Positions 7,742 through 15,340 of a stretch of DNA of 44,698 nucleotides are shown here, piece by piece. Below the pieces are notes generated by a model. It was not told where the DNA came from, ran no database searches, and saw only the letters and a program-made list of their open reading frames with translations. The position numbers and the translations under genes were made by a program. Position 1 is the stretch's first letter; the number at the start of each line of letters is the position of its first letter. Origin of the DNA: a virus. The stretch covers positions 1-44,698 of the IMG/VR virus record IMGVR_UViG_3300037424_000686; one strand, 5' to 3'.

Positions 7742-9703
7742 ATGACGACACTCAGCATCGACTTCGAAACGCGCTCGGCGCTCGACCTGAAGAAGGTCGG
7801 CGCGTACCGGTACGCGGAGCACGCGTCCACGGACGTGTGGTGCATGGCGTGGGCGCTTGACGACGTGGAGCCCGCGATCTGGGCGCGCGGCGCGCCGTGC
7901 CCGCCCGAGATCGTGGCCGCGATCGCGGCCGGGGGCGAGATGCGCGCGTTCAACGCGCAGTTCGAGCGCCTGATCTGGAACGCGATCATGGCCCCGCGGT
8001 ACGGGTTCCCGGCGCTCCCGCTCGCCGCGTGGCACGACACCGCCGCGGACGCCGCCGCGATGTCCCTGCCCCGCTCGCTCGGTGAGTGCGCCGCGGTTCT
8101 CGGCGTGGTGCAACAGAAGGACGAGGCCGGGAGCGCGCTCGCGATCCGTATGAGTAAGCCTCGCTCCACGAAGGGCGGCGAAGTGATCTGGTGGGACGTG
8201 CCGGAGCGGCTCGCGCTGCTGTACGAGTACTGCAAGCAGGACGTCCGCACCGAGCGCGCGATCTACAAAGCGACGCGACGCCTCTCCCCGAGCGAGCGGT
8301 GCATCTACCTGCTCGACCAGCGGATCAACGATCGCGGTGTCGCGCTCGATCTGGGCCTGATCCGCTCCGCGCGCAAGATCGTCGATGTCGGGCTCGAGCG
8401 CGTGAACGCGGACGTGCACGCGTTGACCGATGGCGCGGTCCCGAACGTGGTCACGAAGCCCGCGGACCTGAAGATGTGGCTCGCGACCCATCAGATCGAG
8501 ATCGACAGTGTCCGGAAGTCGGTCGTACGGGACCTGCTCGCTGGCGAGCACCCCGCTCCGGTACGGCTCGTGCTGGAGTCCCGTGCCGAGGCCGGCCGAT
8601 CGAGCGTCGCTAAATTGAAGAAGATGCAGGAAATGGTGTGCGCCGACGGCCGCGTGCGTGGGACACTGTTCTACCACGCCGCGGGCACGGGCCGGTGGGG
8701 TGGGAAGGGCATCCAACCTCAGAACTTCACGCGTCCGATCGTCAAGAACCCCGAGCGGTACGTCGAGATCGTCCGCACCGGGGACCACGAGCTGCTCGAC
8801 GCGTTCGAGGCCCCCCTGCCCCTGATCGCGTCCCTGCTCCGGGGGATGCTGATCGCGGCGCCCGAGCATCGGCTCCTGGTCGGGGACTTCGCGCAGATCG
8901 AGGCCCGCGTGCTCGCGTGGCTCGCGGGCGAGGAGTGGCTCGTGCGCGCGTTCCGGAACAAGGAGCCGATCTACGAGCGGATGGCGGCCCTGATTCACCA
9001 GGTCCCGGTCGAAACGATCGCGAAGGACAGCGACGAGCGGCAGCTCGGGAAGAACACCGAGCTGGGGTGTGGGTACGGGATGGGCGCCGAGACGTTCGCG
9101 CGCCAGGCCTGGGAGCGGGACGGCGTCAAGGTTCCGATCGAGCTCGCGAAGCGCGCGGTGAAGGCCTACCGTGAAAGTCACCGGCAGATCGTCGCATTCT
9201 GGAGGGAGCTCGACGACGCATGCCTGCTCGCGGTCAAATACCCGGGGCGCGTGAGCGAGGTCTCAACCCCGACCATCTCGGTACGGTTCGTGGTGCGCGG
9301 CGCATACCTGTACCTGGTCCTGCCCTCCGGTCGTCCGCTTACGTTCGCGAAGCCGCGCATCCGACCGCGCGAGACGCCGTGGGGCCTGGTCCGGAACGCG
9401 GTGGTCGTGGAGGGCGTGGACAGTCAGACCCATCGCTGGCACGCGTATGCGCTGTACGGTGGCATCTTGACCGAGAATGTGGTGCAGGCCTTCGCACGCG
9501 ATCTGCTCGCGCACGCGATGCTGCGCCTCGACACGTCCGGGTACCCGGTCGTACTGACCGTGCACGACGAGATCGTGAGCGAAGTTCCTCACGGGGTACA
9601 CCTGCGGCACTTTACGCAGATCATGCGCGAGCAGCCAACGTGGGCCGATGGGTGCCCGATCGACGTCGACTCCTGGGAGGGAGATCGCTATGGGAAGAAG
9701 TAG
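7742..9703 (+). CDS. family-A DNA polymerase with 3'-5' exonuclease domain
   Basis: Exo I is LSIDFETRS. Motif A is VGDFAQIEARVLAWLAG, motif B is RQLGKNTELGCGYGMG and motif C is LTVHDEIVSEV. ATG 7742 is chosen over the 7703 start in the ORF track. Confidence 0.9.
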   Translation: MTTLSIDFETRSALDLKKVGAYRYAEHASTDVWCMAWALDDVEPAIWARGAPCPPEIVAAIAAGGEMRAFNAQFERLIWNAIMAPRYGFPALPLAAWHDTAADAAAMSLPRSLGECAAVLGVVQQKDEAGSALAIRMSKPRSTKGGEVIWWDVPERLALLYEYCKQDVRTERAIYKATRRLSPSERCIYLLDQRINDRGVALDLGLIRSARKIVDVGLERVNADVHALTDGAVPNVVTKPADLKMWLATHQIEIDSVRKSVVRDLLAGEHPAPVRLVLESRAEAGRSSVAKLKKMQEMVCADGRVRGTLFYHAAGTGRWGGKGIQPQNFTRPIVKNPERYVEIVRTGDHELLDAFEAPLPLIASLLRGMLIAAPEHRLLVGDFAQIEARVLAWLAGEEWLVRAFRNKEPIYERMAALIHQVPVETIAKDSDERQLGKNTELGCGYGMGAETFARQAWERDGVKVPIELAKRAVKAYRESHRQIVAFWRELDDACLLAVKYPGRVSEVSTPTISVRFVVRGAYLYLVLPSGRPLTFAKPRIRPRETPWGLVRNAVVVEGVDSQTHRWHAYALYGGILTENVVQAFARDLLAHAMLRLDTSGYPVVLTVHDEIVSEVPHGVHLRHFTQIMREQPTWADGCPIDVDSWEGDRYGKK

Positions 9704-12100
9704 ATGACCAACCAACCGCAGATCGTGCGCCTGTTCGAGGCCGGGTTCCGGCCGCTCGTGTGCGTGATCCCGCCCCGCGCGCCGCTCGCGCCCACGAGCC
9801 GTATTCCGCCCGGCAAGCTCGGCAAGACACCGGGCGTGCCCCTCGGGAATGGCACCTGGGTCGGGTACCACTGGCTCAAGTACGTCCCGAACGACGCGGA
9901 CATCCGCCGCTGGGCGCAGGCCGGCGCGAGCGTCGGTATCCTCGCCGCCGGCTACCCGGCGCTCGACATCGACTCGATGGACCCCGTGCTCGCGAGCGAG
10001 ATCGAGCAGCTCGCGCTCGACATCCTGGGCCCCGCGCCGGTCCGGTTCGGGCAGCGCCCGAAGCGGCTCCTGATGTACCGGACCGGAGAACCGTTCGCGC
10101 GCATTACGTTGTTCATCACGCGCGACGGCGTCGAGCGCCGGATCGAGTTCCTGGGCGCCGGCAACCAGTACCTGGTCGACGGCGAGCACCCGAGCGGCGC
10201 GCGGTACGAGTGGTTTACGGCGAGCGACGCGCCGACGGACCTCACCAGTTACGGCGAGAAGGACTTTACGTGGATCACGCGCGCCAACGTCGAGGCCTTC
10301 TTCGAGCAGCTGATTGACCTGTACGGGGAAGCGAACTGCCGGCTGGTCGGGGATGGGAAGGTGCGCGAGCGGGACGCGACCCCGCAGGCCGATCTGCTCG
10401 CACCCTCCCTGGACGCGCTCCGCGCGGTCGTGGACACAATCCCGAACACGGACGAGGTCGTGCCCACCCGCGACGAGTACGTGCGGGTCGGGCTCGCGAT
10501 CCGGGCCGCCGGCGGCGAGGATGCGTACGAGCTGTTCGCGTCCTGGTGCGCGCGGCACCCGAAGGATCAGCGCGTGTCCGGGAACCCCGAGACCTGGCGC
10601 GAGGATTGGGGCCGCTTCCACCCCCCGTACACGCTCGGGTGGGGCTGGCTGTGTGACTTCGCGGCCCCGTTCGGGTTCGCTCGCGCGACCTGGGAGTTCG
10701 CGGCCGAGGACGCGCCCGCCGCGCCGGCCGCGGTTGAGGACGAGCGCGCGCCCGAGTTCTCGGAGCTGTGGCTCGCGGACTACGTGATCTCGCAGGTCGG
10801 GGACCTGCTCCGGTACGCGCCCGAGCAGGGTGCGTGGTACGTGTGGTCCCGGGGCCGGTGGGCGCGGGACGCGATGCTGCTCGCCGATTACCACGTGGGC
10901 GAGGTCCTGAAGCGGCTCGCGGTCGCGTGCCTGCGGCGTGGGGCCACGGACGCGGAGCGGAAGCGCCTCACGGGCCTCGCGGAGAAGCTGTGCTCGATCG
11001 ACAAGCTCCGGAACGTGCGTCAGCTGCTGCGACATGATCCGCGGATCGCGGTCCCGATCACCGCGTTCGACGCGAACCCGTGGCTGCTCTCGACCCCGGC
11101 CGGGATCGTCGACCTCCGCACCGGCGAGCTGCGGCCCCCGGACCCGAACGCGATGTGCTCGCGGATCACGACCGTCGCGCCCGAGTTTGCGACGCCGAGC
11201 CCGATCTGGGATAAGTTTCTGAACGACAGCACCGCGGGCGATATTGAGCTGCAGCTGTACCTGCAGCGCCTGCTCGGGTACGGGCTGACCGGGCTCACGG
11301 ACGAGGACGCGCTCGCGTTCGTGTGGGGCGAGGGCCAGAACGGGAAGTCCACGTTCCTCGAGGTCGTGACGCGCATCTTCGGGGACTACCACGAGCGGGC
11401 CGCGATGGAAACGTTCCTCGCGACGACGTACGACCGGCACCCGACCGAGCTGGCGAAGCTCGCCGGCGCGCGGCTCGTCACCGCCGCGGAGACCCAGGAG
11501 GGGCGCCGCTGGGACGAGCAGCGCGTCAAGGAGTTGACCGGCGGTGATGAAGTGACGGCGCGCTTCATGCGCGAGAACTTCTTCAACTTCTGGCCCAAGT
11601 TCCTGCTCCTATTTTACGGAAACCACCGGCCCGAAATCCGGAACCTGGACGAGGCGATGCGGCGCCGCTTCCACCTTGTGCCGTTCGTGCATCGCGTCCC
11701 GGACGAACTGAAGGACCTCCATCTCGCCGGGAAGCTCAAGGCCGAGTACCCCGCGATCCTCGCGTGGATGATCCGCGGCTGTATCGAGTGGCAGCGGCGC
11801 GAGCTCGCGCCCCCGAGCTCGGTGCAGCTCGCGACCGCGGAGTACTTCGCGGACGAGGACCCCGTGGGGCGCTGGATCGAGGAACGGTGCGAGACGCGGA
11901 GCGAGATGGCGGCCACGATGGTGGACCTGTTCCGCTCCTGGGAGCAGTGGACGAACGCGAACGGAGAGTACACCGGCTCCGCGAAGCGGCTCTCGCTCGT
12001 GCTCGCCGCGAAACGCTTTGGGCGCTGGCGCGAGCCGGGCACAGGCCGGCGCGGGTTCACGGGACTAAAACCGCGGAACGAACTGGAGGAAGTGATATGA
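9704..12100 (+). CDS. bifunctional primase-polymerase / D5-P4-type helicase
   Basis: The N-terminal prim-pol has LDIDSMDP (DxD) and GEHPSGARYEW. This is followed by a PriCT-like segment, a D5_N-like segment (LRYAPEQGAWYVWSRGRW), and a P-loop GEGQNGKSTFLEV. Confidence 0.85.
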   Translation: MTNQPQIVRLFEAGFRPLVCVIPPRAPLAPTSRIPPGKLGKTPGVPLGNGTWVGYHWLKYVPNDADIRRWAQAGASVGILAAGYPALDIDSMDPVLASEIEQLALDILGPAPVRFGQRPKRLLMYRTGEPFARITLFITRDGVERRIEFLGAGNQYLVDGEHPSGARYEWFTASDAPTDLTSYGEKDFTWITRANVEAFFEQLIDLYGEANCRLVGDGKVRERDATPQADLLAPSLDALRAVVDTIPNTDEVVPTRDEYVRVGLAIRAAGGEDAYELFASWCARHPKDQRVSGNPETWREDWGRFHPPYTLGWGWLCDFAAPFGFARATWEFAAEDAPAAPAAVEDERAPEFSELWLADYVISQVGDLLRYAPEQGAWYVWSRGRWARDAMLLADYHVGEVLKRLAVACLRRGATDAERKRLTGLAEKLCSIDKLRNVRQLLRHDPRIAVPITAFDANPWLLSTPAGIVDLRTGELRPPDPNAMCSRITTVAPEFATPSPIWDKFLNDSTAGDIELQLYLQRLLGYGLTGLTDEDALAFVWGEGQNGKSTFLEVVTRIFGDYHERAAMETFLATTYDRHPTELAKLAGARLVTAAETQEGRRWDEQRVKELTGGDEVTARFMRENFFNFWPKFLLLFYGNHRPEIRNLDEAMRRRFHLVPFVHRVPDELKDLHLAGKLKAEYPAILAWMIRGCIEWQRRELAPPSSVQLATAEYFADEDPVGRWIEERCETRSEMAATMVDLFRSWEQWTNANGEYTGSAKRLSLVLAAKRFGRWREPGTGRRGFTGLKPRNELEEVI

Positions 12101-12522
12101 CTTGCCTACGCGGTGGCGGTGAGGGCACCCATGTATGCAGTATGTTCCCGGATCATCTGGGGGCGCCCCCCGCCGGCCGCAATGGTTTGCCGGTGGACGC
12201 CGTAGCCCGGAAGGCGCTCCCGCTCTGCACCGGGGTCCTGGACTACTTTCCGGACGCGCTGCTCGCGGTCGCGCACTGCTCGAAGGTCGGGAACGACCAG
12301 CACAACCCCGGCGAGCCGCTCCATTGGGCAAAGGAGAAGTCCACGGACGAGGCGGACGCGCTCGTGCGGCACCTCCTCGAGCGCGGGACGCTCGACACGG
12401 ACGGGGTCAGGCACTCCGCAAAGGTGGCGTGGCGGGCCCTGGCCCTTCTCCAGCGCGAGATTGACGCGGAGCGGGCCCGGGAGGGCGGGCCCGGGAAGAT
12501 CGGGGCTCCCGGGGGCCCGTAG
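12097..12522 (+). CDS. DUF5664-like protein (resembles the N-terminal domain family of MazZ-type dATP/dGTP diphosphohydrolases)
   Basis: ATG 12097 overlaps the primase stop (ATGA). LPLCTGVLDYFPDALLAVAHCSKVGNDQHN...ADALVRHLLERG...HSAKVAWRALALLQ matches my memory of the DUF5664 pattern (L..lA.v...G..KY...NW ... RHl ... H.a...n.l.L). No database check was possible. Confidence 0.5.
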   Translation: MTCLRGGGEGTHVCSMFPDHLGAPPAGRNGLPVDAVARKALPLCTGVLDYFPDALLAVAHCSKVGNDQHNPGEPLHWAKEKSTDEADALVRHLLERGTLDTDGVRHSAKVAWRALALLQREIDAERAREGGPGKIGAPGGP

Positions 12523-12745
12523 CTCGGTACGTCCTAAAAAGAGGACAGTTTGTAACAGGAACGTAATGGGGCCCACAGCTTCACGGCTCCCCTCCCTGTT
12601 GGGGCCTGCTAGAATCCTAGCACTGGTGCCGCAATTTGCAATAGCTGGGACTTGCAGAAAGTCAGACTGGACAGGCCGGGACGTATGCCCTAACGTAGTC
12701 TCCGCGCCAGGGTGATCCCGCCCGGCTAGCCAAAGGAGCCCCAAC

Positions 12746-13012
12746 ATGACAGCCCAACCGACGAACTGCCCCTATTGTGGAATCGAGCCCGGCGAAGCCC
12801 ATCAAGTTGAGTGCAATCGTCCCGAGCGACCGACCCGTACTGTCGAGTGGTCGGCGACAGCCTTGACCTTTTTGAGGAACGGGCAGATAGCCGCGCTCTA
12901 TTTCGTTCCCTCGCCCGTCAGCGATGGCGACCGCGTGAGCCCGATCTATCAGCGGTACATTGCTGACTGGATTGAGCGAGGCGTCTGGCCGTTGGCGGCG
13001 TGCGGCGTTTGA
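12746..13012 (+). CDS. hypothetical protein with N-terminal CxxC...C knuckle (lower-GC cassette)
   Basis: AAAGGAG lies 8 nt upstream of the ATG. Motif NCPYCGIEPGEAHQVEC. Codon third positions are visibly less GC-rich than in flanking genes. Confidence 0.6.
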   Translation: MTAQPTNCPYCGIEPGEAHQVECNRPERPTRTVEWSATALTFLRNGQIAALYFVPSPVSDGDRVSPIYQRYIADWIERGVWPLAACGV

Positions 13013-13248
13013 TGCCTGACTCCCCCGCCACCCGTGCCGAAGCGATGGCCCTGTTGCGGGCTGCGATTGACCGCACCGGGCTCTCTGCGTCTAAGTACGC
13101 CCGTGTCGTGCTGATCCGCGACCCCCGGACGCTTCGGCGCTGGTTGTCGGGGGAGTCGCCCATCCCGCAGGCCGTCTTGGACCTCATCACCCGACAGGCT
13201 GGCGACGGGCACCCGATGCCCACGGGCTCGGAGCGGGAGCGCTCGTGA
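13012..13248 (+). CDS. helix-turn-helix DNA-binding protein (Cro/XRE/YdaS-like)
   Basis: ATG 13012 overlaps the upstream stop (TGATG). LSASKYARVVLIRDPRTLRRWLSGESPIPQAVLDLI is a typical HTH followed by the RRWL.G...iP tail. Confidence 0.6.
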   Translation: MPDSPATRAEAMALLRAAIDRTGLSASKYARVVLIRDPRTLRRWLSGESPIPQAVLDLITRQAGDGHPMPTGSERERS

Positions 13249-13709
13249 TGACTCGGGCGCAGGTCGGGCGTATCCGGGCGCTCGCCGAAGAGGCGGTCGC
13301 CTACCACAAACAGACGGCGATGTGCGAAATGCCGGCCACCTGTGGTGGCTGCCACTGGTGGGGCGGGTACCTCGCGGCTATCCAGGACATCACCAACGGC
13401 GTCGATCCCAACACCAGATCGCTTGTGGCCCCGTCGTTTCCAATTAGGTTTGGGGCACCACTCAATCCCCGGAGCAACCAAATGCAGATCACGATCAACG
13501 TTTCGCGGCGGGTTCCGATCACCGATCCTGGCGTGTACCATTGGGTCCCCGATGGTACACTCACCGGAGAGATCATTCTCCAAATCGACGAGCAGAAGCT
13601 CGCCCGGCTGCTCGGTCCCCGCGCTCTGCGTAGTAAGTCCCACAAGTCCACGCTCGCGGGCGGTGCCATCGTCGCGCGGGCCATTCATCTCACCCGTTCG
13701 GAGGTTTGA
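13245..13709 (+). CDS. hypothetical protein (lower-GC cassette)
   Basis: ATGA overlap with the upstream gene. CEMPATCGGCHWWGG Cys/His cluster. No family recognised. Confidence 0.55.
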   Translation: MMTRAQVGRIRALAEEAVAYHKQTAMCEMPATCGGCHWWGGYLAAIQDITNGVDPNTRSLVAPSFPIRFGAPLNPRSNQMQITINVSRRVPITDPGVYHWVPDGTLTGEIILQIDEQKLARLLGPRALRSKSHKSTLAGGAIVARAIHLTRSEV

Positions 13710-13711
13710 AC

Positions 13712-14503
13712 ATGCAAGGCCTGATGCTGCACAGCGGTTCCGCGGCCGCGGACGAGTCCCAGGTCCGCGCTGTCCCCACGCCCGAGGCGACCGAGAGCTG
13801 GCGCCCGGTCCCCCACCACCGCGTCCTGGACCTCGCGCGGAGCGAGATCGAGTCGCTCGGCTTCCGGATCACGGACGCCGCGCACGGGCTCTGGAACAAC
13901 GGGCTCCGGTACTTCGGTCTGCTCGAGCTCGCGAACGGCGCGGGCGCGGCCGACTACTCCCTCGTCGCCGGCATCCGCAACTCGCACGACAAGAGCTTCC
14001 CCGCGGCGCTCTCGATCGGCTCCCGGGTGTTCGTGTGCGACAACCTCGCCTTCTCGGGCGAGATTGTGATCTCGCGCCGGCACACCACGTACATCGAGCG
14101 CGACCTGCCCGGGCTCGTGGGCCGCGCGGTCGCGCGCCTGGTCGAGCAGCGCGAGCTGCAGGGAAAGCGGATCGACGCGTACAAGGCGTTCCAATTCGTG
14201 GAGGAGCGGGACGTGCACGACTTCGTGATCCGCGCGGTGGACGAGCGCGTGATCCCGAACGCCCGCATCCAGGACATCCTCGGGCAGTGGCGGAAGCCGG
14301 CGCACGAGGAATTTCGCGTCGCGCCCCGGACCGCGTGGTCGCTGTTCAACGCGTTCACGGAGTCCCTGAAGGGGATCGCGGAGTACGAGCTCGCGCGCCG
14401 CACCATGAAGCTACACGGCATGATGGACGCGCGCGCTGGCCTGCTGACGGCCGGCAACCTGGTGGGCGACGCGGTCGACGCGGACGTCCGCGTGGCGGCC
14501 TAA
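13712..14503 (+). CDS. DUF932/DUF945 family protein
   Basis: GGAGG lies 7 nt upstream of ATG 13712. IRNSHDKSFPAALSIGSRVFVCDNLAFSGEI...RRHT is the conserved core of the DUF932 (phage/plasmid-like) family. Confidence 0.75.
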   Translation: MQGLMLHSGSAAADESQVRAVPTPEATESWRPVPHHRVLDLARSEIESLGFRITDAAHGLWNNGLRYFGLLELANGAGAADYSLVAGIRNSHDKSFPAALSIGSRVFVCDNLAFSGEIVISRRHTTYIERDLPGLVGRAVARLVEQRELQGKRIDAYKAFQFVEERDVHDFVIRAVDERVIPNARIQDILGQWRKPAHEEFRVAPRTAWSLFNAFTESLKGIAEYELARRTMKLHGMMDARAGLLTAGNLVGDAVDADVRVAA

Positions 14504-14520
14504 CCCTCAACGACGAAAGG

Positions 14521-14542
14521 GCGGGCCCCTCCGGGGGCCCGC
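14521..14542 (+). terminator. GC-rich hairpin after the DUF932 gene (possible terminator/RNA stabiliser)
   Basis: GCGGGCCCC-tccg-GGGGCCCGC forms a perfect 9-bp stem 18 nt after the stop. A T-run (GATTTTT) follows only after about 10 nt, so intrinsic termination is uncertain. Confidence 0.4.
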
Positions 14543-14550
14543 AACCCACG

Positions 14551-14778
14551 ATGATTTTTCGACAACTTTCCTCCACGCTGGTCGCGGTGATTGGCACAAC
14601 GCCCGCGGAGAAAACCTGGGTCGAGCAGCAGCTTGATGTCCGGCCCTCGGAGCGGTTCCACGGCGCCGGTACGGTGTCCGTCGACGATGATCCCGGTGAC
14701 CTGATGAACTCGGCGCGCGCGTGCGGTTTCCCTGTCACGTACGAGGAGGGCGCTCCGGTCCCCGAGGGGGCGCCATGA
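14551..14778 (+). CDS. hypothetical protein
   Basis: Internal ATG 14551 of ORF 13342..14778, whose upstream part is out of frame over real genes. Sequence MIFRQLSSTLVAVIGTTPAEK... The stop overlaps the next ATG. Confidence 0.45.
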   Translation: MIFRQLSSTLVAVIGTTPAEKTWVEQQLDVRPSERFHGAGTVSVDDDPGDLMNSARACGFPVTYEEGAPVPEGAP

Positions 14779-14987
14779 ACTTCCGCACCTGGCAACCGGG
14801 CGTTCCAAATTCGGAGCGCGTCACGCCCGTGCCCGCGGACCCGCCCTACCAGCACGCGATCGAGGTAGAGCCCTCGTACGACCTGACCGACATCGCCGCG
14901 AACCCGGGCTTCTTCCTGCTCGGGTGGGGTGGACGGAACCGTTACCTCTATAGTCGCGCGGGGATGACCGGATCGAGGTCCCTGTGA
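14775..14987 (+). CDS. hypothetical protein
   Basis: ATG 14775 overlaps the upstream stop (ATGA). GC-rich third positions. Confidence 0.45.
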   Translation: MNFRTWQPGVPNSERVTPVPADPPYQHAIEVEPSYDLTDIAANPGFFLLGWGGRNRYLYSRAGMTGSRSL

Positions 14988-15274
14988 GCTCCCCGATCCC
15001 GGTCCCGGACGACGCGACCGTGCCGCGCATCAGCTCCACGAAGGGCTGGACCGTACGCCGCGCGTTGCGGATCGAGGTGTTCGTCGCCCCGGACGGCGTC
15101 GAGTACGTGCTCGCGCACCGGCTGGAGCCCGCGGACCTGATCCGGGACTTCGGTCCCGGGACGCGCCCGTGGCGCCTGGTGCTCCGCGAGGGGTCGAGCG
15201 CGGAGCGCGGGGAGGAGAGGCTTCGGAACCTGGCCGCCGGCCGTACGCGCCGGCAGAGAGCGAGGCGGAAATGA
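14984..15274 (+). CDS. hypothetical protein with basic C-terminus
   Basis: GTG 14984 overlaps the upstream stop (GTGA). This is the last gene of the plus-strand arm, followed by the terminator. Confidence 0.5.
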   Translation: MSSPIPVPDDATVPRISSTKGWTVRRALRIEVFVAPDGVEYVLAHRLEPADLIRDFGPGTRPWRLVLREGSSAERGEERLRNLAAGRTRRQRARRK

Positions 15275-15300
15275 TGAACGAGTAATCTCGACGGGTTGAT

Positions 15301-15340
15301 AGAAAAGCGGCCCCGCGATTGCGGGGCCGCTTTTGTTTTT
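15301..15340. terminator. bidirectional rho-independent terminator at the convergence of the two arms
   Basis: AGAAAA-GCGGCCCCGC-gatt-GCGGGGCCGC-TTTTGTTTTT: a perfect 10-bp stem with an A-tract and a T-tract on either side. It lies between the plus gene ending at 15274 and the minus gene ending at 15339. Confidence 0.85.
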
